Of a stretch of DNA of 64,000 nt, positions 47,662 through 56,367 are shown one piece after another. The DNA is from Oscillospiraceae bacterium (lineage in GTDB: Bacteria > Bacillota > Clostridia > Oscillospirales > Acutalibacteraceae), in the NCBI GenBank assembly GCA_012520505.1, contig JAAYOC010000011.1:9686-73685 (forward strand), read 5' to 3'. Both the position numbers and the translations under genes were made by a program. Below the pieces are notes generated by a model, which worked only from the letters and a program-made list of their open reading frames with translations, was not told the DNA's origin and did no database searches. Each line of letters starts with the position of its first letter. The first letter of the stretch is position 1.

Positions 47662-49392
47662 CTATAATTTAACTTTTTCGTTTATTTTTCTAACAAATGA
47701 ACGTTCCATTTTTTCAACCATTCGGTCATATGTGATAAAACCATTGACTTCACCCTCGATATCCGAAAGTTGCGTATATACTGCGGCAGATAATCCCTTT
47801 GGTATATTTGGAATTATTTTTCTCTCATAAAGCTTCTTATAAGCCTTTTTAAGGCATTTTTCATCACAATACATATGATAGCCAAATAAAGTTGCATCCT
47901 TATAAGTATGTCCCTTTACCGGCATACTATAACCGCCAAATTCTGAAAGTAAATAACAACGTTCATCTTTTGGCACATAAATCGGTGTGAAATAAATATG
48001 TTTTGAAACAAAATCTCCACCACCTTGGTCATGCCAACCAGAAGTAGAATCAATTGTTCGAGTTGAATCCATATCATAAATCTTTTTCGTAATACGTTTA
48101 GAATCAAACTGTCCCCAACCTTCATTGAAAGGCACCCACATACATAGCCCAACTTGATTAATAAGAAGTTCTACTGTACAAACGAGGTCTCTTTCATATT
48201 CAATTCTACCTTCTTCTGATTCCCTGGCAAAAAACTTTCTATTAGTTGTATCATCTGACTCAAAACCAATGAAAGGCATAATAGCAATACAGCATAGATT
48301 ATATTTTCCTCCACCATTTACCATATCCTGCCACACTAGCATTCCAAGTCTATCACAATGATAATACCAACGAAGTGGTTCAATTTTAATATGCTTTCTT
48401 ATCATATTAAAGCCCATACTTTTTAACATTTCAATATCATAAATCATCGCTGAGTCTGTTGGTGGAGTAAGCATTCCGTCAGACCAATACCCTTGATCAA
48501 GAACACCGTTATGAAAATATGGCTTATTGTTAAGCAAAAGACGTTGAATTCCATTTTCATCAGGACCTACATCAAATTTTCGCATACCAAAATAAGATTC
48601 TACTACATCTTTTCCGGCTTTAATTTTCAATTTATAAAGTTTTGGATGTTCAGGTGACCAAAGCTCATAGTGGTCAAGAACAATCTCAACTTTATCTTTT
48701 CCAAAACCTTTTGCAAAAAGCTTTTCTCCGTCAAAAATTTCTACATCAATTGAAGCAGCTTCAGTAGAAGCCGAAATGGTAACCAAGTTTTTATCAATAT
48801 TGGGAACAATTTTTAAAGATTTTATATAATCATCTGTTACAGATTCCATCCAAACTGTACCCCAAATGCCGGATTGTGGAGTATACCAAATTGTATTTGG
48901 GTCGTTTTTTTGTTTGCCTTTCGCCTGAATTCCTGTATCAGAAGGGTCAGTAACTTCAACTAAAAGTTCGTTTTCACCACTCTCTATAAAAGAAGATACA
49001 TCAAATGAAAATGGAAAAAATCCACCTGTGTGTGAACCAACTATTTGACCGTTAAGTATAACTGTGCAAGCATAATCAACTGCCGTAAAATGAAGAAGAG
49101 TTATTTCATTAATAAATTCTCCAGGTATCTTAAAAACAGTTTTATAAAAAAGCTTATCCTTTGGAGTAACCTTTCTCATTACTCCTGAAAGCAAGCATTC
49201 CGGTGAAAATGGGACAAGTATTTCGCCATCATAACTATCACCTACATTTCCATCAATTGGTCGAATTGCATATTCCCATTTTCCATTAAGATTGAGATAA
49301 CTATCCCTAACAAGTTGAGGTCTGGGATATTCAACAAGAGGCTTTTCACCTACTTCATCGTAAAAACGTGATTTCAAAAAATTTACAGACAT
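47662..49392 (-). CDS. Glycoside hydrolase family 2 enzyme (beta-galactosidase/glucuronidase-like)
   Basis: 576 aa. N-terminal sugar-binding pattern YPRPQLVRDSYLNLNGKWEY...LNGQIVGSHTGGFFPFSFDVS, and a TIM-barrel segment GFNMIRKHIKIEP...WQDM. Substrate unknown. Confidence 0.75.
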   Translation of the reverse strand: MSVNFLKSRFYDEVGEKPLVEYPRPQLVRDSYLNLNGKWEYAIRPIDGNVGDSYDGEILVPFSPECLLSGVMRKVTPKDKLFYKTVFKIPGEFINEITLLHFTAVDYACTVILNGQIVGSHTGGFFPFSFDVSSFIESGENELLVEVTDPSDTGIQAKGKQKNDPNTIWYTPQSGIWGTVWMESVTDDYIKSLKIVPNIDKNLVTISASTEAASIDVEIFDGEKLFAKGFGKDKVEIVLDHYELWSPEHPKLYKLKIKAGKDVVESYFGMRKFDVGPDENGIQRLLLNNKPYFHNGVLDQGYWSDGMLTPPTDSAMIYDIEMLKSMGFNMIRKHIKIEPLRWYYHCDRLGMLVWQDMVNGGGKYNLCCIAIMPFIGFESDDTTNRKFFARESEEGRIEYERDLVCTVELLINQVGLCMWVPFNEGWGQFDSKRITKKIYDMDSTRTIDSTSGWHDQGGGDFVSKHIYFTPIYVPKDERCYLLSEFGGYSMPVKGHTYKDATLFGYHMYCDEKCLKKAYKKLYERKIIPNIPKGLSAAVYTQLSDIEGEVNGFITYDRMVEKMERSFVRKINEKVKL

Positions 49393-49422
49393 TAATAACT
49401 CTCCTAAGTGTTTCTAAATTGT

Positions 49423-50811
49423 TTAGTTAATTATATTTTTAAGCCAAATTCCTTTTTTAACAAACGGAAAAGAAAATATGACTTTAAGCCATGTCAATGC
49501 TTGTATTATAAAAAACATTGGTAAAATTTCAATAGTTGTAAACCTTGATAGAAAATATGCTGTTGTCACGCAAAATAGCCAAACAAAACCGGAATCGAAT
49601 AGAATTGTCAAATAAGTTCTGCCACCGGAACGTAGTGTAAAATACATGGAATTTGCAAGAGCACCGGCTGGCATTATAAGTCCAATTATTTGCATAAATC
49701 GTGTTGCTAAAAGACGAATTTCTGGTGTTGTATTGTAAAGTGCAGGAGCATAAATGGCGATTACGCAAAAGATTGCACAAACAACTACACTAACTAAAAA
49801 CGAAAAGAAAATCAGTTTAGGCGCAGTTTCTCTTGCAAGTTCTATATCCCCTGCTCCAAGTTGCTGTCCGAGTATGATTCCAATTGCACCGCCAACTGCA
49901 AAGCAAGCAACAGCAACTACATGGAAAAATGTGTTAGCTATATTATTTGCTGCAACCACATCCAACCCTCTTGTAGAGTAACACTGTGAAATTGTAGCTA
50001 AACCGGCAGCCCAAAAAGTTTCATTAAAAAGAAGTGGAAAACCTTTAACAACAATTCTTCCGATAAGTTGTCTTGGTACATAAAGACTTTTATATGCACC
50101 ACAAATAAATTTAAGACTTTCTTTTTTATGTCTATTGTTAAATGTCCAGAAAAAGAGTATGCCAAATTCAATAAAGCGTGCTATTACCGTTGCTATTGCG
50201 GCACCTGCAACACCTAATTTGGGAAATCCGAATTTACCAAAAATCAAAATATAATCAAGTATTAAATTTGTAGCAACAGCTACAAGACTCGCAACCATAG
50301 GGATAAAGGTCTGTCCTGTTTCACGCAGTGTACTTGAATAACATTGTACAAGCGTTGCCGGTAAAAGTCCTGCAAACATTATATACATATATTGTTTTGC
50401 AAATCCCAAAGATGCGATAGCATCACTCGGGTCTCCTTCACCTTTTAGATAAAGACCAATTAAAAAATCTCCCAAAATAACAAATATTCCAATACTAAAT
50501 AATGTCAAAGCCGTACAGAATATAATTTTAAATCTAAAAGTATAACGAAGCCCTTCGTGATCTTTGGCACCTACATACTGTGCACCAAATATTCCAACAC
50601 CGGATACAGCACCAAAAATACAAAGACTAAACACAAAAAATAATTGGTTGGTAACCGCAACTCCAGTCATTTCAACCGTACCGACACTACCAACCATTAT
50701 ATTATCTAACATATTTACGAAGTTTGTAACTCCGTTTTGTATCATTATTGGAATAGCTAGTGTTAAGAGGTGTCTATAGAAATCTTTAGTTCCTATAAGT
50801 TTCTTAAACAT
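49423..50811 (-). CDS. MATE-family efflux transporter
   Basis: 462 aa, about 12 TM segments, with the N-terminal pattern ...LLTLAIPIMIQNGVTNFVNMLDNIMVG typical of NorM/MatE proteins. Its start lies 6 nt after the livF stop, and the GGAGG SD sits inside the last livF codons. Confidence 0.85.
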   Translation of the reverse strand: MFKKLIGTKDFYRHLLTLAIPIMIQNGVTNFVNMLDNIMVGSVGTVEMTGVAVTNQLFFVFSLCIFGAVSGVGIFGAQYVGAKDHEGLRYTFRFKIIFCTALTLFSIGIFVILGDFLIGLYLKGEGDPSDAIASLGFAKQYMYIMFAGLLPATLVQCYSSTLRETGQTFIPMVASLVAVATNLILDYILIFGKFGFPKLGVAGAAIATVIARFIEFGILFFWTFNNRHKKESLKFICGAYKSLYVPRQLIGRIVVKGFPLLFNETFWAAGLATISQCYSTRGLDVVAANNIANTFFHVVAVACFAVGGAIGIILGQQLGAGDIELARETAPKLIFFSFLVSVVVCAIFCVIAIYAPALYNTTPEIRLLATRFMQIIGLIMPAGALANSMYFTLRSGGRTYLTILFDSGFVWLFCVTTAYFLSRFTTIEILPMFFIIQALTWLKVIFSFPFVKKGIWLKNIIN

Positions 50812-50817
50812 TCAAGT

Positions 50818-51528
50818 TTAACCTCCAAGATATGCCTTCTTTATATCGTCATTTTCGAGAAGATCTGAAGCTTTGCCTGAAAGAGCTATATTACCTGTTT
50901 CAAGTACGTAAGCTCTATCTGCAACCTTCAGTGCCTTTTTAGCATTTTGTTCAACAAGAAGGATAGTTGTGCCCTCTTCATTGAGTTGTTTTATAATATC
51001 AAAAATCTGGTCAACAAGAATTGGTGATAGTCCCATAGATGGTTCATCAAGCATAAGAAGCTCCGGATGAATCATCACAGCACGACCAATTGCGAGCATT
51101 TGTTGCTCACCACCTGAAAGAGTACCGGCAATTTGTGATTTTCTTTGTTGTAAAATTGGAAAACGCTCGTATACTTTTTCAATATCTTCTTTTATTTGAT
51201 GTTTATTTTTAACGGCATACGCGCCCATAAGAAGATTATCATAAACCGTAAGTTCTTGGAACACACGCCTTCCTTCTAACACCTGTGTCATACCGAGATT
51301 TACAATTTTATGTCCGGGCATTTTTGTAATATCGATACCATTATACGAAACAAAACCACTTTTAATTGGGATAAGACCCATAATACTCTGCATTGTCGTA
51401 GTTTTGCCCGCACCATTGGCACCTATAAGAGTTACTATTTCACCTTTGTTAACCTCAAAGCTTATGCCTTTAATAGCTCGGATAACTCCATAGCATACTT
51501 CAAGGTCTTTTACTTCCAGTAATGCCAT
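50818..51528 (-). CDS. livF: Branched-chain amino acid ABC transporter ATP-binding protein LivF
   Basis: 236 aa. GANGAGKTT, LSGGEQQML and LMLDEPSMGL, with the LivF-type C-terminus. Confidence 0.85.
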   Translation of the reverse strand: MALLEVKDLEVCYGVIRAIKGISFEVNKGEIVTLIGANGAGKTTTMQSIMGLIPIKSGFVSYNGIDITKMPGHKIVNLGMTQVLEGRRVFQELTVYDNLLMGAYAVKNKHQIKEDIEKVYERFPILQQRKSQIAGTLSGGEQQMLAIGRAVMIHPELLMLDEPSMGLSPILVDQIFDIIKQLNEEGTTILLVEQNAKKALKVADRAYVLETGNIALSGKASDLLENDDIKKAYLGG

Positions 51529-51531
51529 GTA

Positions 51532-52308
51532 TTAACCTCCAATATAAGCTTTAATTACTTCAGGGTCAGACAAGGCATCTGCGGTTTTACCTTGGACTAG
51601 AGTTGTGCCGAAGTTTAAAACAGTAACCTCATCGCAAAGACCTGAAACAAATTTCATATCATGTTCTATTAAAAGAACTGTTAAATCAAAATCATCACGA
51701 ATTTTTCTAATAATTTCCATCAATTCTACAGTTTCATTAGGATTCATTCCTGCAGCCGGTTCATCAAGAAGCAAAACTTTTGGATTTGTAGCAAGAGCCC
51801 GTGCGATTTCGAGCTTTCTTTGAGTTCCATAAGATAAATTACAAGCCAAATTATTACGCTCTGTTCGAAGGCCAAAAACGTCAAGAATCTCTTTAGCACG
51901 TTCACGCATTGCATATTCACATTCATAATATGCGGGCATTCTAAGCATACCGGTAATTGGATTATATTTAAATTCCGGTTGATTATGAAGACCAACTAAA
52001 ACATTTCGTATTACAGACATGTTGTTAAAAAGTCTGATATTTTGGAAAGTTCTAGCCATACCCTTCCTATTGATTTGTTCCTGCGTTTTTCCTAGTAATG
52101 GTTCACCTTCAAGTAAAAATGTTCCGGTGGTTGGTTGATATACACCGGTAAGCATATTGAATACAGTTGTCTTGCCGGCACCATTTGGTCCTACTAAACC
52201 ATAAAGTGCACGACGTTTAATCTTTAAATTAACATCATCAACAGCCTTTAAACCGCCAAAGGAAATACCTAGATTTTGTGTCTCGAGGATTATATCTTTT
52301 TCAGCCAT
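51532..52308 (-). CDS. livG: Branched-chain amino acid ABC transporter ATP-binding protein LivG
   Basis: 258 aa. GPNGAGKTT, LSYGTQRKLEIARAL and LLLDEPAAGM. Confidence 0.85.
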   Translation of the reverse strand: MAEKDIILETQNLGISFGGLKAVDDVNLKIKRRALYGLVGPNGAGKTTVFNMLTGVYQPTTGTFLLEGEPLLGKTQEQINRKGMARTFQNIRLFNNMSVIRNVLVGLHNQPEFKYNPITGMLRMPAYYECEYAMRERAKEILDVFGLRTERNNLACNLSYGTQRKLEIARALATNPKVLLLDEPAAGMNPNETVELMEIIRKIRDDFDLTVLLIEHDMKFVSGLCDEVTVLNFGTTLVQGKTADALSDPEVIKAYIGG

Positions 52309-52310
52309 AT

Positions 52311-53462
52311 CTAATCCTCCTTTTCTCTAGGATCTGGTGTGTAAATCTCATTATGTGGAAGATCAGCAGTTAAAATTTCATCCATTCTAATCTTAGTTTC
52401 AATTTGATTCCATTCTGCCGAGTCATCATATCTAAGAGATGGACGAATAACTTTTCGTTGTGAAAAACGACGAATAAAACTTCTAATATTAAAGCGAGCA
52501 CGTACTCCTTTAAGAGCCGGTGCATTGTTGAAAATAATAACAACAATAAGAATAAGAGCATAAACTAAAAGTCTTAGTGCTGCCAGGTCTCCTGAGAGGT
52601 TGTTCTGTAAAAGAAAATTTATTACAGTAATAGCAATAGCTGCGAGGATAGAACCATGAATTGAGCCCATACCACCAAGCACTACCATTACGAGAATTTC
52701 TATTGAATAGTTATATGAGAAAAATGTATAAAGTAGTGGAGTCGTAAAGTGTCCATAAATAACACCTGCAACACCGGCAAAAGCAGCCGCAATTATAAAT
52801 ACAAGGAGTTTGTAATATGTTACATTAATTCCCATTGCTTTTGCAGCTATTTCATTATCACGAATTGCCGTAATTGCACGACCGTGTTTTGAACGAATTA
52901 AATTTTGAATAAATATAATAGTAAAAATTGCAACAATAAATGCAATAATAAAAAGTTCAGATGGTTTATAAATCTTTGTTTTAAGACCCATTGCACCACC
53001 GAAAATCTCTAGATTTTTAAAAATATTTCTAACAATTTCACCAAATGCTAATGTTACAATTGCAAGATAGTCTCCTTTTAATCGAAGTGCCGGAAGCCCA
53101 ATTATAAATCCAAACACCATTGCAACAGCAGCACCAACAAGCATTGCAATTACTAAAACTAGCAATTTTGAATCAATAACTGTGTGTAAATAATTTGCTG
53201 TAAAACAACCGATATATGCGCCAACGCACATAAAACCTGCGTGTCCTAAAGACAATTCACCTAAAAAACCAACAACTAATTGGAGTGATACAGCCAAAAT
53301 AATACTGTATGCAATTCTAGATAAAAGGCCTGTAAATGAACGTGTAAGTAAACCTGCATCTGACATAATAGCCAAAAAAACAAGTGCTACACTCATAAGC
53401 ATCCAATTGATATTTCTAGAGAGTTTAAAGTGATTTTTTGCAAGAGATAAGTACCTTTTCAT
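52311..53462 (-). CDS. livM: Branched-chain amino acid ABC transporter permease LivM
   Basis: 383 aa polytopic protein with the LivM-type motif GELSLGHAGFMCVGAY. Located within the operon. Confidence 0.82.
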   Translation of the reverse strand: MKRYLSLAKNHFKLSRNINWMLMSVALVFLAIMSDAGLLTRSFTGLLSRIAYSIILAVSLQLVVGFLGELSLGHAGFMCVGAYIGCFTANYLHTVIDSKLLVLVIAMLVGAAVAMVFGFIIGLPALRLKGDYLAIVTLAFGEIVRNIFKNLEIFGGAMGLKTKIYKPSELFIIAFIVAIFTIIFIQNLIRSKHGRAITAIRDNEIAAKAMGINVTYYKLLVFIIAAAFAGVAGVIYGHFTTPLLYTFFSYNYSIEILVMVVLGGMGSIHGSILAAIAITVINFLLQNNLSGDLAALRLLVYALILIVVIIFNNAPALKGVRARFNIRSFIRRFSQRKVIRPSLRYDDSAEWNQIETKIRMDEILTADLPHNEIYTPDPREKED

Positions 53463-53464
53463 GC

Positions 53465-54328
53465 TTACACCTTCTCTCTTCTCTTCTTGCCGAGAATACC
53501 TATTGGTTTAACAAGAAGAATTAAAATAAGCAAACTAAACTCAATCGCAGTTGTGTATTGAGAAATAGCCGGAATACTGAGACAAATTTTTTCAACAAGG
53601 CCAAGAAGCATACCACCAAGCATTGCACCAGGAATAGAACCTATACCACCAATTACAGCAGCTGTAAAAGCTTTAATTCCAGGCATAGAACCAAGTGTTG
53701 GCGATGTAGAAGGGATTTGCATAAGATAAAACAAACTAGCAAAAGCAGCAAGTGCAGAACCTATTGCAAAAGTAATCATAATAATTCCGTTAACATTTAC
53801 ACCCATCAAAATTGCAGCGCCTCTATCTTCCGATACAGCCTGCATCGCACGACCAGTCCTAGTATACTTAACAAATAATGTAAGCATCGCCATAATGATG
53901 GCACCTACTATTAGAGTAATTATCGTATTCACAGAAATTTCTGCACCAAATATTGTCACATGTCCTAGATATGGTAGGGAGATTGGACGAGATTTTGCAC
54001 CAAAAAGTAGTTGAGCAATGCTTTGCAAAAAGAAACTTACACCGATTGCAGTAATAAGAACAGCAAGCGGAGAAGCTCCCCTCAAAGGTTTATATGCAAA
54101 TTTTTCAATAACTACACCTGAAACTGTGCAAACAACAATAGAAACCAGAATTCCAAGTAATGGATTTCCCGTTACAGTTAATATAGTCAATATTGCGTAT
54201 GCCCCTACCATGATAATGTCACCATGGGCAAAATTAAGCATTTTAGCAATACCATAAACCATAGTATAACCAAGAGCTATCAAAGCATATATTGCACCGA
54301 GGCTTAATCCGTCCATTATTATACTCAT
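53465..54328 (-). CDS. livH: Branched-chain amino acid ABC transporter permease LivH
   Basis: The ORF-track GTG start at 54370 lies inside the intercistronic hairpin. The ATG at 54328 (MSIIMDGLSLGAIYALIALGYTMVYG) follows AAGGAAG. Confidence 0.82.
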   Translation of the reverse strand: MSIIMDGLSLGAIYALIALGYTMVYGIAKMLNFAHGDIIMVGAYAILTILTVTGNPLLGILVSIVVCTVSGVVIEKFAYKPLRGASPLAVLITAIGVSFFLQSIAQLLFGAKSRPISLPYLGHVTIFGAEISVNTIITLIVGAIIMAMLTLFVKYTRTGRAMQAVSEDRGAAILMGVNVNGIIMITFAIGSALAAFASLFYLMQIPSTSPTLGSMPGIKAFTAAVIGGIGSIPGAMLGGMLLGLVEKICLSIPAISQYTTAIEFSLLILILLVKPIGILGKKRREKV

Positions 54329-54364
54329 ACAAGACTTCCTTAATCTTCCTTTAAACGATTTAAA

Positions 54365-54389
54365 GTGCACGGCTTGCTAAGCCGTGCAC
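54365..54389 (-). promoter_or_regulatory. Intercistronic stem-loop between livJ and livH
   Basis: Perfect 11-bp stem GTGCACGGCTT/AAGCCGTGCAC with a 3-nt loop and no strong T-tract. This position is typical of the processing/stabiliser hairpins that raise binding-protein mRNA over permease mRNA. Confidence 0.55.
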
Positions 54390-54405
54390 ATACTATAATC
54401 AGTGA

Positions 54406-55524
54406 TTATTTTCCAAGTTCAACAATAATAGGAACCTTTGTGCAGGCACCAGAAGCATCCCAAGTCATTTCACCGGTGACACCTTTGTATGAGAACGTAT
54501 CACTTGTGATTATTGGAACAAGAAGGTCGCTAAGTTCTGAATAACCAATCGTAGCATCATCAACGCCTGCTGCCTTCATAACTTCAAGAAGTGTGTAAAT
54601 TGCATCATATCCATCAGCAGCAAACTGATCAGGATCTACACCATATTTTGCTTTGTAATTCTTAACAAAATTAGCAGTTTTCTCGTCCTTTGAATTAACA
54701 TCAAATGGAGTGATGTACTTAATTGTGTTTGTAACTGTTTCATCAACTTGGTCAGCAATACCATCAAGACCATCGCAACCAAAGATAAGTGCATCACAAC
54801 CCTTTGCTACACATGCTTTAGCAATAAGACCAGCTTCTGTGTAGTAAATAGGTAAGAAAATTACATCACAATTTTTAAGAGCTTCTACCTGAGTAGCAAA
54901 ATCCTTTTTGTTTTCCGCATCGAAACTCTGCTCAATGTATTTTACACCGAGCTTTTTCATTTCACCTTTAAACGCATCATATACACCTGATGAATACGGA
55001 TCAGATGAATCATAGATTGCACCGATATTTTTAAAATTCTTTGTAAGTTCTTGAGCAGCAAGAACACCCTGGTCAGGGTCACCAAAACAAATACGGAATG
55101 CTGTATTACCTGTTTCAATTACATTAGCCGCAGAAGCTGATGGCGTAATAAAGAAAAGATTATCAGCAGCAGCTTTTGTTCCGAAAGCCTGACAAGAACC
55201 GGAGGTAACAGAACCAAGTGAAACTTGCATGCCAGCGTCCATGAGCGCATCATAGCCGGTAGCAGCATCTTCAGCTGTAGCTTTGTCATCTTTCATATCA
55301 AATTTCAATTTAATACCGTTAAAACCGCCAGCAGCATTGATTTCATCAATAGCAAGCTGAGCACCATTCTTTACAGAGATACCATAAGATGAAGCATCGC
55401 CTGTAAGAGGACCTGTTGCACCAATAAATATTGTCTTATCACTATCTGCACCATTTTTGCTACCACAAGCAGTGAAACAAATGAGCATCGAAAGCGCAAG
55501 AGCGATTGCTAATATTTTTTTCAT
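54406..55524 (-). CDS. livJ: Branched-chain amino acid ABC transporter substrate-binding lipoprotein (LivJ/K-like)
   Basis: 372 aa. Lipobox MLICFTA-C, then a type-I periplasmic-binding fold pattern (IFIGATGPLTGDASSYG...). Confidence 0.82.
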   Translation of the reverse strand: MKKILAIALALSMLICFTACGSKNGADSDKTIFIGATGPLTGDASSYGISVKNGAQLAIDEINAAGGFNGIKLKFDMKDDKATAEDAATGYDALMDAGMQVSLGSVTSGSCQAFGTKAAADNLFFITPSASAANVIETGNTAFRICFGDPDQGVLAAQELTKNFKNIGAIYDSSDPYSSGVYDAFKGEMKKLGVKYIEQSFDAENKKDFATQVEALKNCDVIFLPIYYTEAGLIAKACVAKGCDALIFGCDGLDGIADQVDETVTNTIKYITPFDVNSKDEKTANFVKNYKAKYGVDPDQFAADGYDAIYTLLEVMKAAGVDDATIGYSELSDLLVPIITSDTFSYKGVTGEMTWDASGACTKVPIIVELGK

Positions 55525-55558
55525 TTCAATTACCTCTCATTATCTTTATTTTTATTTT

Positions 55559-55579
55559 ATTTCCTAAATATTTAGAAAT
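55559..55579. promoter_or_regulatory. Near-palindromic AT-rich operator candidate in the livJ leader
   Basis: ATTTC-C-TAAATATTTA-GAAAT has a perfect inner 10-bp palindrome and 5-bp outer arms offset by one base. It lies 35-55 nt upstream of the livJ ATG. Confidence 0.35.
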
Positions 55580-55672
55580 AATTGCTATATTTTATCACAC
55601 TATTCTTGTAATGTAAATATAAAATAAATGTTTAATAACAAAATAAATGAATATTCGATAACGAAAATAACA

Positions 55673-55701
55673 ATAGGAGCTACGTAAAATATAGCTCCTA
55701 T
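55673..55701 (-). terminator. Terminator after the 60-aa membrane protein gene
   Basis: Stem ATAGGAGCTA/TAGCTCCTAT with a 9-nt loop, followed on the minus strand by the T-rich TTGTTATTTT. Confidence 0.6.
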
Positions 55702-55736
55702 TTACTATTTCTTGTTGATTTTCTCTTTAATATCCA

Positions 55737-55919
55737 TTATTTGTCTCTATTCTGGTCGTCTTTGTTTCGCTTATCTTTATCTTTTTTTTCACCTTTAAAT
55801 CCCTTACCTATTTTTTCGTATATCTCAGGCTTTTTTTCTCCGACAAAGAAAATTATTGTTAAAATTATGGATATAACTAAAACAATTCCAATCAAAACAA
55901 GAACTACTGTTTCCTGCAT
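55737..55919 (-). CDS. 60-aa single-pass membrane protein with a highly charged K/D-rich tail
   Basis: The ATG at 55919 lies 6 nt after GGTGGGA (the track starts at GTG 55931). Sequence: MQETVVLVLIGIVLVISIILTIIFFVGEKKPEIYEKIGKGFKGEKKDKDKRNKDDQNRDK. Confidence 0.5.
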   Translation of the reverse strand: MQETVVLVLIGIVLVISIILTIIFFVGEKKPEIYEKIGKGFKGEKKDKDKRNKDDQNRDK

Positions 55920-56071
55920 AATCTTTCCCACCTTTCAAAATACTACTACATATTTATACCATAAAATGTGAAAAAAATAAACACGTTTTATATTAACAAA
56001 GAGCACTAAAAATAAAAAACTGACTTATACGAAAATTATAAAATATTGCAGAATAAGTGTGACAGCCTAAA

Positions 56072-56098
56072 ATAAAAAAGCACCGCTTTTGCGGTGCT
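56072..56098 (-). terminator. Terminator directly after tRNA-Trp
   Basis: The minus strand reads AGCACCGC-AAAA-GCGGTGCT followed by T6, starting 1 nt after the CCA end. Confidence 0.8.
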
Positions 56099-56174
56099 TG
56101 GCAGGGGCAGAAGGACTCGAACCCTCGGCACGCGGTTTTGGAGACCGCTGCTCTACCAGCTGAGCTATACCCCT
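56099..56174 (-). tRNA. tRNA-Trp (anticodon CCA), CCA encoded
   Basis: The minus strand reads AGGGGTATAGCTCAGCTGGTAGAGCAGCGGTCTCCAAAACCGCGTGCCGAGGGTTCGAGTCCTTCTGCCCCTGCCA. Acceptor AGGGGTA/TGCCCCT, anticodon loop CTCCAAA. Confidence 0.92.
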
Positions 56175-56215
56175 TTATGAAAATATAAAAAAACATAAAA
56201 ATAAAAGACTGAAAA

Positions 56216-56292
56216 TGGTGGACCATCAGGGACTCGAACCCCGGACAAACCGGTTATGAGCCGGTTGCTCTAACCAACTGAGCTAATGGTCC
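56216..56292 (-). tRNA. tRNA with CAU anticodon (elongator Met or lysidine-modified Ile2), CCA encoded
   Basis: The minus strand reads GGACCATTAGCTCAGTTGGTTAGAGCAACCGGCTCATAACCGGTTTGTCCGGGGTTCGAGTCCCTGATGGTCCACCA. The paired 1:72 and the lack of three G-C pairs in the anticodon stem argue against an initiator. Confidence 0.9.
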
Positions 56293-56367
56293 ATTTAAGT
56301 GGCGTTTTTGCCACTCGCACATTATACAGTCTTATTATTTAAAAGTCAAGATAATCACTAATCAAAA

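Noticed and set aside
55993-56226. 77-aa minus-strand ORF.
   Set aside because: It is entirely explained by tRNA-Trp, its terminator and the 3' end of the CAU tRNA. Its translation simply reads through the tRNA genes.
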